A DNA stretch of 64,000 nt from Bacillales bacterium (GCA_029256085.1 JAQSYP010000003.1:3891-67890), one strand, 5' to 3'; shown: positions 11,105 to 21,941, counted from the stretch's first letter. The notes: generated from the sequence alone by a model not told the origin. A program made the numbers and translations.

Positions 11105-11341
11105 TTGGTTAATAAAAGTAATGAATTGTTAAATGGATGGACGCTGATTGCTCGCCAAACATATAAAGTATATTCGAACAATAACTCCTATGTGGTAATG
11201 GATAGTGATAATGATGTTGTTATGATTTGTTTAGTAACTGAACAGGATTTTGAAGTTGTTTCATCAAACTGGAATTTAAATTTTAAAATAATACCAGCTT
11301 TTAAGACCGTCAAAATTTTGAATGTTCCTGATGAAGACTAG
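11105..11341 (+). CDS. Hypothetical small protein (78 aa, TTG start).
   Basis: ORF with an AAGGGGGA RBS, followed by the bidirectional terminator at 11360-11382. No similarity recognised. Confidence 0.25.
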   Translation: MVNKSNELLNGWTLIARQTYKVYSNNNSYVVMDSDNDVVMICLVTEQDFEVVSSNWNLNFKIIPAFKTVKILNVPDED

Positions 11342-11407
11342 GTTTTATTGAATGTAAAAAAGGTCACGCAATCGTGACCTTTCATATGAAAAAATAAAAA
11401 CATAGTT

Positions 11408-12628
11408 TTATGTACTACCTTTTATGGGAAATCTGACAGTTGCGACAGTACCATTCCCTTTTTTGCTTTTAAAATCAATACTACCATTGTATTTATGAAC
11501 GATGTTATAACAAATTGTTAATCCTAATCCAGTTCCTTTGCTTTTTAATGAGTAAAAAGGGGTGCCAAGAGATTTCAACTCTTCATCAGTCATGCCATTT
11601 CCAGAATCAATTATGACTATTTCCATGTAATTATTATTCTGTTTAACATTCAGTGTGATTAACCCTCCAATTGGAGAAGCTTCAATTGCGTTTTTAATTA
11701 AATTAATTAGTAATTGTTTGAATTCGATTAAATTACAGTTAATCGTATAGTTATCTTCAAAAATTAAATTTAGGGTTATGTTATTTAGTAGCGCATAAGA
11801 ATTTATTAAGTCTACAACACTTTGTGTTGCTTCCTTGATATTAACTGATTGATTCTTAATATTTTCCTTAGGTCTTGATATTTCTAGGAAGTCTGAGATT
11901 ACTGTTTCAGCAATTTGTAGTTGTTCGAGCATAAGGGAGAAATGTTCATGTGTTCCATGAGTGGATTTTTGATTTTCTTGATAAAGTTGAATAAACCCTT
12001 TAACAACAGTAATTGGATTTCTTATTTCGTGTGCTACAGCTGCCGCTATTTGTCCAGATGATTTTACTCGCTCAGCTAGTTGGTTTTGTTCGTAATAGTA
12101 CTGTTGATTTAATATTCTAGTATAAGTTAGATAGAAAATTAAATAGAAAACAGCCTGGCTAGCTAGGAAGTTAATATAGTTCCCAAATATGTCCGTGTAA
12201 ATATAAGAATAATAAACTCCTTTGTCATAAACCCATACATATATAAAGAAGATTGTCATGATAAATATATTAATTCCAATTGAAAAATAAAATAAGTTCG
12301 GAATAAAGAAAAATATAGCAACGCATGGTATTAAACTAATAAGCATGAATGAGGAAAATATTTCTGGGTATAAAAACAATAAACTATAAAAATAAATTAT
12401 TGTTTCTATTACTATTATAATTTTTGATAGATTCGATTCACTTTTGGGATAAGTCCAGAGTGAGAAAGTTAATGATAAAACTAAAGTTAAATGAAACATG
12501 TACTCCTCAAAAGTATTTCGACCATATCCATAGATAAAACCCCAAAACATAATAATGATAATTATAGTTATTAAAATCCGATAAAATTTAAAGTCGGACT
12601 TACTATTAAAATCTTTCATTGACCCCAC
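11408..12628 (-). CDS. Sensor histidine kinase with an N-terminal 5-6 TM domain; sporulation kinase (KinB-like) type HisKA box.
   Basis: AHEIRNPITVVKGFIQL H-box typical of Kin-family kinases. HATPase_c N, G1 and G2 boxes. No cognate response regulator adjacent (orphan). Confidence 0.8.
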   Translation of the reverse strand: MGSMKDFNSKSDFKFYRILITIIIIIMFWGFIYGYGRNTFEEYMFHLTLVLSLTFSLWTYPKSESNLSKIIIVIETIIYFYSLLFLYPEIFSSFMLISLIPCVAIFFFIPNLFYFSIGINIFIMTIFFIYVWVYDKGVYYSYIYTDIFGNYINFLASQAVFYLIFYLTYTRILNQQYYYEQNQLAERVKSSGQIAAAVAHEIRNPITVVKGFIQLYQENQKSTHGTHEHFSLMLEQLQIAETVISDFLEISRPKENIKNQSVNIKEATQSVVDLINSYALLNNITLNLIFEDNYTINCNLIEFKQLLINLIKNAIEASPIGGLITLNVKQNNNYMEIVIIDSGNGMTDEELKSLGTPFYSLKSKGTGLGLTICYNIVHKYNGSIDFKSKKGNGTVATVRFPIKGST

Positions 12629-12696
12629 CCTGACATATGGTTCGCATAGTTATAATTCATAGTTATGTATACGACATAAAATCCGCTTATCCTCTT

Positions 12697-12733
12697 TATT
12701 TCGATAAAAAAAACCTTCTACTAGAAAGTAGAA
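12697..12733 (-). terminator. Intrinsic terminator downstream of tRNA-Sec on the minus strand.
   Basis: Hairpin ccttctac…gtagaagg followed by a U8 run on the minus strand. Confidence 0.6.
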
Positions 12734-12825
12734 GGTTATATTCAATTTATTCCCACGGTCTTACTCAAAAAGTACAATGAGACCGCATGACCTATTTAAG
12801 GACCACTATGTAAAAAACGTTAATA

Positions 12826-12922
12826 TGGCGGGACTGCATGAGAATCGAACTCACCAGAGACAGCACGTGCCTCTCATACGGTTTTGAAGACCGCGGGGTG
12901 CACCAGCAACCCAATCAGCCCC
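12826..12922 (-). tRNA. selC: tRNA-Sec (selC-like), anticodon UCA, with a long variable arm and encoded CCA.
   Basis: Hand-folded: 8-bp acceptor with one A·G mismatch, D arm GGGTTGC/TGGT/GCACCCC, anticodon arm GCGGT-CTTCAAA-ACCGT, extra arm of about 20 nt, and T arm GTGAG-TTCGATT-CTCAT. 97 nt long. Divergent from selB. Confidence 0.75.
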
Positions 12923-13019
12923 ATATAAAACATAGTATTTAATTTTCTCTTCGGGTTTATGATACACTAGAAGAAGTTTTGTATCAAGTTATAGAATTTT
13001 CCAAAGTAGGAGTGTTTTT

Positions 13020-14903
13020 ATGGAAAAAAAGTATTATACAATCGGTACAGCCGGTCATATAGATCACGGTAAAACGACCTTAATTAAAAATTTAACTAAT
13101 GTAGATACAGATAGGCTTAAGGAAGAAAAGGAAAGAAACATTTCAATAGAGCTTGGTTTCGCACCTCTGGATCTAGGGGACGATCTTCATGTATCTGTAA
13201 TAGATGTACCTGGTCATGAAAAGTTTATTAGGCAAATGATTTCTGGTGTTACAGGTATCGATTTAATGCTGCTAATCGTTGCTGCGGATGAAGGTGTAAT
13301 GCCACAAACACAAGAGCACTTAGAAATTTTAAGTTTACTCGAAGTTAAAAGAGGAATCGTAGTTATAACTAAAATTGATAAGGTTGATCAAGAACTAGTT
13401 GAAGTTGTTAAGGAAGAAATTAGAGACCAACTAGAAGGAACAATCTATTATGACAGTGAATTTGCATTGGTTGATAGCGTCAGTGGAAACGGATTAGATG
13501 CTTTAAAAAAATTAATAAAAACAGAATTACTTAAAGTTCAACCGAAACATCATACCGGGGCATTTCGAATGCCTGTCGATCAAGTATTTACGGTTAAAGG
13601 CCAAGGGACTGTCGTTAGAGGGACAGTTTATGAGGGTTCCATCTCACTAGGTGATACTATAACAGTCATGCCTGAAAATTTAAAAACGAAGGCAAGGCAA
13701 ATCCAAGTTTTCGGTAATCATGCAACTACTGTTGTTGCTGGGCAAAGGGCAGCAATAAATCTTGCAAATATAGAAAGAGATGAAATTGTTAGAGGTGACG
13801 TAATTGTTTCATCTGATGTGTATAAAGTTACAAAAACTATTGATGTTTCTTTGAAAATTGTTAAAGAAATTCAGCATCCTCTAAAGCAAAGATCGGAAAT
13901 TAAGGTACATATTGGAACATCGGGAGTAATGGGAAATGTGGTATTCTTTGATAGGAATGACGTTAAAGAATCAAATGATGAAATCTTGTGCCAACTACGA
14001 CTAGAGAATGAAATTGTTGCCAAAAGAGGTGACAGATTTATTGTTAGAAGGCCTTCCCCGGCAGAGACGGTTGGTGGTGGAGTTGTTGTTGATCCGAATG
14101 GTGATCGTTATAAGTTTGGTGAAAAAACGATAGAAATGCTTAAGTCGAAAAAGATAGGTTCACCTATTGAAAGAATGCAAACAATAATAGATATTAAAAC
14201 CCTTCTTTCTCAAAAGGATCTAATAACTTTCGCATCTGTTACTGAGCAAGAAATTTCACAATCAATAAATGATTGTGATTTAATAAAAATAGGGAATAGT
14301 TTAACTACCCCTGAGGTAATTTTAAGTCTAAAGAGATTAATTGTTGCGAACTTAAACTCATATCACAATATGTTCCCGCTAAGGTTAGGCTTAAACAAGG
14401 CAGAGTTGATACAAAATCTTACGAGTAGCTATGAAAAGTTGTTAATTGAATATGTAATTAATGACCTAATCAAAGACGCGACTTTAAAATTAAATGGACA
14501 ATTCGTCTCTATAGGAAGTTTTAAGCCTGAGTTACAAGGTAAATGGGCGAAAAGAATGGAACAAATACTAGTTAAACTAGAAAAGGACAGCTTCTTAGTA
14601 AAGCCATTTTCACATTATGTTACAGAGGAAAAGTTACCTGAAACTGAGGCGAAAGATTTTTATCATTTCTTAATTAGTGAAGGGCATGCTTATATTTTAG
14701 ATCCAATACATCTTATATCTACAAAAGCATTAAATGGCGCTTTAAAAAAGATGAAAGATGCAACTGGAGACAGCTTCGATTTACAAGTTGCAAAAGAAGT
14801 GTTAGGTATTTCTAGGAAATATTTAGTTCCCCTTATAGAACTATTTGATAAAATTGGACAAACGAAAAGAGTTGAAAATAGTAGATTCTGGTTAAATAAA
14901 TAA
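13020..14903 (+). CDS. selB: Selenocysteine-specific translation elongation factor SelB.
   Basis: N-terminal EF-Tu-like GTPase ([10 protein letters not shown]; DxPGH) plus C-terminal winged-helix extension. 627 aa. Confidence 0.9.
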   Translation: MEKKYYTIGTAGHIDHGKTTLIKNLTNVDTDRLKEEKERNISIELGFAPLDLGDDLHVSVIDVPGHEKFIRQMISGVTGIDLMLLIVAADEGVMPQTQEHLEILSLLEVKRGIVVITKIDKVDQELVEVVKEEIRDQLEGTIYYDSEFALVDSVSGNGLDALKKLIKTELLKVQPKHHTGAFRMPVDQVFTVKGQGTVVRGTVYEGSISLGDTITVMPENLKTKARQIQVFGNHATTVVAGQRAAINLANIERDEIVRGDVIVSSDVYKVTKTIDVSLKIVKEIQHPLKQRSEIKVHIGTSGVMGNVVFFDRNDVKESNDEILCQLRLENEIVAKRGDRFIVRRPSPAETVGGGVVVDPNGDRYKFGEKTIEMLKSKKIGSPIERMQTIIDIKTLLSQKDLITFASVTEQEISQSINDCDLIKIGNSLTTPEVILSLKRLIVANLNSYHNMFPLRLGLNKAELIQNLTSSYEKLLIEYVINDLIKDATLKLNGQFVSIGSFKPELQGKWAKRMEQILVKLEKDSFLVKPFSHYVTEEKLPETEAKDFYHFLISEGHAYILDPIHLISTKALNGALKKMKDATGDSFDLQVAKEVLGISRKYLVPLIELFDKIGQTKRVENSRFWLNK

Positions 14904-14945
14904 GTATTATGTAGCAAAATAAAATAAAATATCTGTGTAAATGTA

Positions 14946-14974
14946 TTGTAAATTTGTCATAGTAGTGATAAAAT
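14946..14974 (+). promoter_or_regulatory. σA-type promoter for the fdhD-fdh operon: TTGTAA, 17-bp spacer, TGaTAAAAT extended -10. Flanked by repeats GTCATAG (×2), TAGTGA, TAGTCAC and GTCACTA (14956-15037).
   Basis: Hexamer spacing of 17 bp with a TG at -15. The repeats overlap the -10/+1 region (candidate operator). Confidence 0.45.
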
Positions 14975-15148
14975 CGTCATAGAATAGTCACAAAATAGAA
15001 ATATTTTGGAAATAATTTCATAACGATTTTGTCACTATTTTTATTTTTGGGGTTTAATAAAAACCTCTAACCCCTGGCCAGGTAAATGGACAGGTTTATA
15101 TTTTGGAATAAATTGTAAGCGATTTCTTAAACTTCAGGAGTGATACTT

Positions 15149-15877
15149 TTGATCAAAAAAGGATGTCCAGAAGAATACCCAATAACCTTGCATCTGAACA
15201 ACAATGAGATAGCTACTTTTCAGCTAACGAACAACGATCTAGAAGACTGGGCATACGGGTACCTCTTTTCCGAAGGGTTTATTACAACGAAGAGTGACAT
15301 TAGTCATATTCAACTAGATCAGGAAAAGGGCATAATTAAAGTTGAGTTAGAAAAAGGCTTTGACTCTGATGTTTTTTTCGATAAGAAAAAGCATTACACA
15401 GCTGGTTGTGGAAGAGGGGTAACCTTTTTCTCAATGACTGATGTTAAGGGTTTTAATAAAGCGGAAACATATTTTCAAATATCTAAACAATTTCTACTAA
15501 AGAAGATTCACGAATTCTCACTATCATGTCAGATGTATCTTGAAACAGGGGGAATGCACGGTGCATGTATACTTCACAAAGACGGTGACATCATCGTTAG
15601 GGAAGATATCGGTCGTCATAACGCTGTTGATAAAGTTATAGGGTATGCAGTGAGAAATAATCTCGATCCCAAGGGATTAATATTGTTAACTACTGGAAGA
15701 ATTTCCTATGAAATGCTTTCTAAAGCAGCTAAGTTTGGTTTTAGTGTTGTTGGATCTAGAACAGCTGCAACGATGCAAGCTGTGCAACTAGCTCGAGTCC
15801 TTAATATAGAAGTCATTGGTTACATTAGAGGTAGGATGTCTACTATTTATACAGATTTTAATAGAGTAGTAGATTAA
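15149..15877 (+). CDS. fdhD: Formate dehydrogenase accessory sulfurtransferase FdhD. The start is uncertain (TTG 15149 versus GTG 15140).
   Basis: GGMHGACI…GRHNAVDK motif containing the catalytic Cys of FdhD. Confidence 0.8.
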   Translation: MIKKGCPEEYPITLHLNNNEIATFQLTNNDLEDWAYGYLFSEGFITTKSDISHIQLDQEKGIIKVELEKGFDSDVFFDKKKHYTAGCGRGVTFFSMTDVKGFNKAETYFQISKQFLLKKIHEFSLSCQMYLETGGMHGACILHKDGDIIVREDIGRHNAVDKVIGYAVRNNLDPKGLILLTTGRISYEMLSKAAKFGFSVVGSRTAATMQAVQLARVLNIEVIGYIRGRMSTIYTDFNRVVD

Positions 15878-15953
15878 TAATTTGGTAACTCCTCTTATTT
15901 CTAGGAGTTCATATATAAACACAAAATTGATTATTTAAAGGAGGGGAAATGGG

Positions 15954-18926
15954 ATGAATGTAAGTCGTAGACAGTTTTTGAAATTGTCAGGTGCTACTGC
16001 AGCAACTTTAGCTTTAGTTGAATTAGGTTTCAACGAAAATGAAGTTAAAGCAAAATCGAAAGATTTTAAAATAGCTGAGTTAAAACCTACTCCGACAATT
16101 TGTCCTTACTGTTCTGTTGGTTGCGGTATTTTAGTTTATGCAACAGATAATGATGTTGTATACACTGAAGGGGACCCAGATCATCCGATTAACCAAGGTA
16201 GCCTTTGTAGTAAAGGAACTTCAATTCGCCAATTATATACTTCTGAAAAGCGTATGTTGAAGCCTTTATATCGTGCACCTGGAAGTAGCAAGTGGGAAGA
16301 AAAAGAATGGGGTTGGATGTTAGATAAAATCGCTGAGAGAGTTAAAGAATCTCGTGATAACTCATTCCAAATCGCTAAAGATGGTATTACAGTTAACCGT
16401 ACTGAAGCAATTGCATCACTAGGTGGAGCTGCTTTAGATAACGAAGAAACATATGTTATTCAAAAGTTGATGCGTGGGTTAGGTTTAACCTACATCGAGC
16501 ATCAAGCCCGAATATGACACAGTCCAACGGTTGCCGGTCTGGCGCCTACATTTGGTCGTGGAGCAATGACCAACCACTGGAATGACCTCCAGTATACTGA
16601 TTGCGCTCTAATTATGGGTGGAAACCCTGCTGAGAATCATCCAATAAGCTTTAAATATCTATTAAAAGCTAAACAAAATGGTGGGAAAATTGTATCAGTT
16701 GACCCACGTTTCACAAGATCGTCATCACAAGCAGATGTATACGCTCCGCTACGTTCAGGAACTGACATCGCGTTTCTTGGTGGTATGATAAATTACGCAA
16801 TTCAAAACGACATGATTCATAAAGATTATGTTGTTAGTTACACGAACGCTTCATTTATCGTTGAAGATACCTTCTCATATGAAGATGGTTTATTCAGCGG
16901 ATATGACGCAGAAAAACGTAAATATGATCAAAAACAATGGAAATATAAGACTGACGCTGAAGGAAAGACTGTTGTAGATAAAACTTTACAAAACCCTCGT
17001 TGCGTATATCAATTAATGAAGAAACATTTTGAAAGATATACAGTTGAAAAGGTATGTGAAGTTACAGGTACTCCTCAAGATAAATATATAGAAGTTGCTA
17101 AGACATTCTGTGCTACTGCTGACCCTAAGAAGGCGGGAACAATAATGTATGCAATGGGTACAACTCAGCATACAGTAGGAACACAAAATGTTCGTTCATT
17201 TGCTATCTTACAATTACTATTAGGAAATATTGGTGTTCCTGGTGGTGGTGTTCAAGCATTACGTGGAGAATCAAACGTTCAAGGTTCAACTGACTTTGGT
17301 TTATTATTCGGTAACTTAACAGGTTATATAGAAGTTCCACAAGCTGTTGCTGAGCAAGCTAGCTTAGAGAAGTTTTTAGGGGTTGTTACTCCAAAATTAG
17401 GATACTGGGTTAATAAGCCTAAGTTCCTTGTAAGTTTCTTAAAAGCAATGTATGGCAAGAGTGCTACTAAAGATAACGAATTTGGGTTCCAATTCTTACC
17501 TAAAATTGATCCTAAAGATTACTCACATATAGCACTATTTGAAAATATGTATGCTGGAAATCTTGATGGAGCGTTCTTATGGGGAACAAACCCAGTAGTT
17601 GGTGGACCTAACGCTTTAGTTGAAAAACAAGCTCTAGGTAAATTAAAGTGGATGGTAGCAGTTGACTTATGGGAAACTGAATCATCTTCATTCTGGCAAA
17701 AGGAAGCAGGAAGCAATCCAGAAGATATTCAAACTGAAGTATTCTTCTTACCTGCTTGTAGCTCATATGAAAAAGAAGGAACTGTTTCAAACTCTGGTCG
17801 TTGGATGCAATATCGTTGGCAAGCAATTAAGCCAAAGGGTGACTCAAAGGCTGATTTAGAAATCGTTCACATGTTAGCTCGTCGTTTAAAAGAAGCTTAC
17901 AAAGGTAGCACTAAGCCAGAAGATAAGCCTTTCCAAGCGATGACTTGGGAATTTGGTGAACATGATCATCCGGATATCGATTTAGTTGCTAAAGAAATTA
18001 ATGGTTACGATACAGTAACTGGTAAACTTGTTGCTAAATTCCCTGATCTAAAAGATGATGGAACTACTAGTAGTGGTAACTGGATTTATTGTGGATTCTA
18101 TCCTGAAGAAGGTAAGAACTTATCACAACGCCGTGACAATAAAGATACGGGTATGAGTAACTTCCTAAACTGGTCGTTCTCATGGCCAGTAAACCGTCGT
18201 ATTCTATACAACCGTGCTTCATGTGACCCTTCTGGTAAGCCATATAATGAGAAAAATGCAATTATATGGTGGGATGAGTCAGCAAAAGCTTGGGGCGGTT
18301 ATGATGTTCCTGACTTTAACAAACTTTTAGCTCCTTCAGATGAAGGTGGAGCAACTGCGTTTATGATGACTGGAACTACTAAGGGTAACTTATTTGCTCC
18401 TCGTAACGAAGGTCCGTTCCCTGAGCACTATGAGCCATTTGAAAGCCCAGTTCAGAACGCATTCTCGTCTCAACAAATTAATCCTGCTATTAAGATTTGG
18501 GATGGGGATCACAATCCTCGTGGAAACTCTGAGAAGTTCCCAATCGTAGCAACGACTTACCGTATGTCTGAGCACTGGCAATCAGGGGCAATGACACGTA
18601 ATACACCTTGGTTAGCTGAGCTTGTACCTCATATGTTAATTGAGATAAGTGAAGAATTAGCTAAGGATAAGGGAATAAAAGATAAGGATAAAGTTAAAAT
18701 ATCATCTGCACGTGGTGAAATTGAAGCATATGCAGTAGTTACTAAACGCTTTAAGCCTTATACGATACTAGGTAAAACAGTTCATCAAATCGGTATGATT
18801 TGGCATTTTGGTTACAAAGGTATTGTAACAGGTGCTTCGGCTAACAATTTAACTCCACACATTGGAGATGCGAACACAAATATTCCAGAATACAAAGCAT
18901 TCCTTTGTGATGTTAGGAGGGCGTAG
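15954..18926 (+). CDS. fdnG: Formate dehydrogenase-N-type catalytic alpha subunit, a selenoprotein. Tat signal RRQFLK. In-frame UGA (Sec) at 16515-16517 joins the two ORF-track ORFs 15954-16517 and 16566-18926 into one 990-aa protein.
   Basis: Same frame on both sides of the TGA. The context …[21 protein letters not shown]… matches the Sec site of FdnG/FdoG. A SECIS hairpin follows directly. selC, selB and selA are in the cluster. Confidence 0.85.
16518..16561 (+). promoter_or_regulatory. Bacterial SECIS element: hairpin with apical GGTTGCCGGTCTGGCGCC, immediately 3' of the UGA-Sec codon.
   Basis: Resembles the E. coli fdhF SECIS apex GGUUGCAGGUCUGCACC; the loop GGUC(U) is conserved. Confidence 0.65.
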
Positions 18927-18928
18927 TC

Positions 18929-19732
18929 GTGGAAAAGATGATTAAATTCGTAGACGTAACTTTATGCGACGGTTGTCGTGGTTGTATGGTAGCTTGTAAA
19001 AACTGGAACGATCTTCCGATTGAAATTGAAGAATTTCACGGAGTTCAGTCTCATGCTAATGTAACAGCTAACACTTGGAACGTTATAACTTACACTGAAG
19101 TTGAACGTAAAGATGGTGGACTTGATTGGTTATTCCGTCATGCTTCATGTCTACACTGTAAAGAAGCTAGCTGTGAGAAAGTATGTTCAGAAGATGCAAT
19201 TTCACACAGTAAGTATGATACAGTAGTAGTTGACGAAGATAAGTGTGTAGGTTGTGGATATTGCGTTGAGTACTGTCCATTTGATGTAATTCAACTTAAG
19301 ACGCTTAAAGATGGTCTTGTTGAGAAGAGAAAAGCATACAAGTGTACTATGTGTATTGACCGTTTAGACCAAGGCTTACAACCAGCTTGTGCTACAGCAT
19401 GTCACGCAGGTTCAATTGTATATGGTAATAAGGAAGAGTTATTAGCTAAAGCTGAAACTCGTTTACAAGATGTTAAGGATCGTTTCCCTAACGCTAACAT
19501 CTATAATCCAAAAGGGGTTGGTGGTACTAACACAGTTTATCTATTAGCAGATAAGCCAAGTGTATATGGATTACCAGAAAGCCCTAAAGTTCCAACATCA
19601 GCTGTGGTGTGGAAAGATTATGCTCAACCACTTGGGAAAGCATTATTAGGTGTTACAACAATGGCAGTAGTAGGTGCTGCGATCTCTAACGCAATCAATA
19701 ATAAAGGTGATGGAGGTCATGGCCATGAGTAA
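18929..19732 (+). CDS. fdnH: Formate dehydrogenase iron-sulfur beta subunit (FdnH-like) with four [4Fe-4S] motifs and a C-terminal TM anchor.
   Basis: CxxCxxCxxxC clusters and a C-terminal hydrophobic helix. GTG start with an AGGAGGG RBS. Confidence 0.85.
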   Translation: MEKMIKFVDVTLCDGCRGCMVACKNWNDLPIEIEEFHGVQSHANVTANTWNVITYTEVERKDGGLDWLFRHASCLHCKEASCEKVCSEDAISHSKYDTVVVDEDKCVGCGYCVEYCPFDVIQLKTLKDGLVEKRKAYKCTMCIDRLDQGLQPACATACHAGSIVYGNKEELLAKAETRLQDVKDRFPNANIYNPKGVGGTNTVYLLADKPSVYGLPESPKVPTSAVVWKDYAQPLGKALLGVTTMAVVGAAISNAINNKGDGGHGHE

Positions 19733-20396
19733 ACAAGTAAAACGTTTTTCTAAACCGGTTATTTTAGCTCACTGGTTAAATGCCTTCACATTTATGTTAT
19801 TGTATTTTACAGGATTACCATTATATTCAGAATGGTTTGATTGGGTTTACGTATTATTTGGTGGACCAGAAAATGCTAGATTTGTACATCATTATGGTGG
19901 TTTAGTATTTATTTTACCAACTGTGTTCATCTTATTAGTAGATGCTAAAAGTTTCACTCACTGGATGAAACAAATCTTCAGTTGGAAAGCACATGACTTT
20001 GCATTCTTTAAAGGTTTCGCTAAAGAATTCTTTGGTCTTCATGCTGATATTCCGAAGCAAGATTTCTATAATGCTGGTGAAAAGATTAACTCGTTATTAC
20101 AAGTATTCACTGCATTCTTACTAATCGTTTCAGGATTATTAATGTGGTTTGCAGATTTCTTTACTACAACTCTAGGCTTCTCACAATCAATTATTCTGCT
20201 TGCATACCCAATGCACTCAATCGCATTCGGTTTATCAGTTGCTGTAGTAGTTGGTCACGTTTACCTATCTATCGGACATCCGAATTCAAGACCATCAATG
20301 CAAGGTATCCTTAAGGGTTATATCTCTGAAGATTACGCTAAGGCTCACCATGGTAAGTGGTATGACGAGGAAGTTAAAGATAATTTAAAAATGTAA
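19725..20396 (+). CDS. fdnI: Formate dehydrogenase cytochrome b gamma subunit (FdnI-like).
   Basis: 4-TM protein with His ligands; overlaps the fdnH end. GGAGG RBS 8 nt upstream of the ATG at 19725. Confidence 0.8.
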   Translation: MSKQVKRFSKPVILAHWLNAFTFMLLYFTGLPLYSEWFDWVYVLFGGPENARFVHHYGGLVFILPTVFILLVDAKSFTHWMKQIFSWKAHDFAFFKGFAKEFFGLHADIPKQDFYNAGEKINSLLQVFTAFLLIVSGLLMWFADFFTTTLGFSQSIILLAYPMHSIAFGLSVAVVVGHVYLSIGHPNSRPSMQGILKGYISEDYAKAHHGKWYDEEVKDNLKM

Positions 20397-20487
20397 TTAA
20401 GTTTTTTTGAAGGAATGGCTACACTGGTGGTAGCCTTCCTTTATTTAACTAAAAATCCTATTGTTTCTAATTAGCGAGGTGCAAAAA

Positions 20488-21285
20488 ATGGGTCAACAAA
20501 ATGTTGTATCAAAAGAATACCAAGAGCTTCAAGAACAGTTAAACTCATGGCATAAGAATTGGTCAGAAAAGGTAAATGCAGAAGACATAACTAAGTCTTC
20601 CCCAAAAATTAGCAATGACCTACCAATCTTGAGTCAAATAGAAGTAAATATTAATGAAGAAATATTATCAGAAATGTTTGCTGACTTAATTTTACTTTTA
20701 AATGAGATAACACCGAATTTAAAGTCTTCACTTGTAAAAGTGGAAAATATAAAGAGCGAAGAGTTAAAAAAATGGTTTGAAGAATCTGTGCGTTCTAATA
20801 ATCTATACTTTGAGAAATATGCTGAAGAAAATGAACTTGAGTCATGGATACCCCAATTTTTAGCAGAACATTTAATTCGCCCGTTTTTACACGTGATGAG
20901 TAAACAATTTGAAGACAAGCTTGAAGGAATTAATAACGGTATAGGATGTAAATTTTGTGGTGAACCAGTACGCCTAGCTAAACAAGGAGAGAACGGGAAA
21001 AAGGTAGTTGTATGTCCACGATGTGAGGCGTCATGGGAACACAAGAAGCTAGAGTGTGCTATTTGCGGTAACGATGACCACAAGGAGCTTACAATTATCA
21101 AAATAGATGATGATACTACGGCTCAAATTCAAGCATGTAAAAAGTGTAATGGATACCTAAAATTTGTAGAAGCAAGAAACTTATTTAGAAACCATTCACC
21201 TGAAATAGTTGACCTATTAACTATTCACTACGATTATGTAGCTCAGGAAAAGGGATATGGCGAAAGTATAGAGCAAAAAAACTAA
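20488..21285 (+). CDS. fdhE: Formate dehydrogenase accessory protein FdhE.
   Basis: Multiple CxxC rubredoxin-like motifs (CKFCGEP…CPRCE…CAICGN…CKKCNGY). Confidence 0.8.
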   Translation: MGQQNVVSKEYQELQEQLNSWHKNWSEKVNAEDITKSSPKISNDLPILSQIEVNINEEILSEMFADLILLLNEITPNLKSSLVKVENIKSEELKKWFEESVRSNNLYFEKYAEENELESWIPQFLAEHLIRPFLHVMSKQFEDKLEGINNGIGCKFCGEPVRLAKQGENGKKVVVCPRCEASWEHKKLECAICGNDDHKELTIIKIDDDTTAQIQACKKCNGYLKFVEARNLFRNHSPEIVDLLTIHYDYVAQEKGYGESIEQKN

Positions 21286-21293
21286 GGTGTAGC

Positions 21294-21908
21294 ATGGATA
21301 AACTTAATATATCTAATATAATCTTAGCTGGCGGTCTCTCGTCAAGAATGGGAACAAATAAGGCAGAATTAAAAATTGGTGAACACACTGTTATTGAACG
21401 TATAATAAAAGAATTTGAACCACCTACTAACGAATCAATTATCGTTACAAATAATCCAAATTGCTATAATTCGTTTAATTGGAAATGTGTTAGCGATATT
21501 TACTTTCAAAAAGGTCCACTAGGTGGAATACATGCAGGACTGTTAAGTAGCACAAATGAAATTAATTTTGTTATATCGTGTGATATGCCTTTTCCAAATG
21601 CTAAACTTCTAACAAAAATGCTTGAACATATACACTATAACGATATAGTAGTTCCAGTAATAAATGAAAAGTTACACCCCTTATTTGGGTTGTACAAGAA
21701 GTCAATACTAACTGAATTGATTGATTGCTTGGAGCAAGATAATCTCCGTGTTAGAAAATTGTATGAGAAGTTAAGCACGTATTATATTACTGAGAAGGAA
21801 TTATATACTAAGAGTGAGTTAGAAAAAGGTATATATGAGATAGATTTTTTTAATATGAACACTATGAATGATTATTCAAAAGCAAAAAGCTTGTATAGTG
21901 AGTTTTGA
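21294..21908 (+). CDS. mobA: Molybdenum cofactor guanylyltransferase MobA-like.
   Basis: N-terminal ILAGGLSSRMG nucleotide-binding motif. Confidence 0.75.
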   Translation: MDKLNISNIILAGGLSSRMGTNKAELKIGEHTVIERIIKEFEPPTNESIIVTNNPNCYNSFNWKCVSDIYFQKGPLGGIHAGLLSSTNEINFVISCDMPFPNAKLLTKMLEHIHYNDIVVPVINEKLHPLFGLYKKSILTELIDCLEQDNLRVRKLYEKLSTYYITEKELYTKSELEKGIYEIDFFNMNTMNDYSKAKSLYSEF

Positions 21909-21941
21909 TGCCGCTAAGTATTGAAAGAAGGAAACATATAT

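Noticed and set aside
14946-15040. Rex (TTGTGAA-N4-TTCACAA) or Fnr (TTGAT-N4-ATCAA) box in the fdhD promoter.
   Set aside because: The best alignments match under 60% of consensus positions. Only a TCACAA half-site is present.
17519-18581. Several 60-70-aa ORFs on both strands inside the FDH alpha gene.
   Set aside because: Within a 990-aa conserved CDS, with no independent signals.
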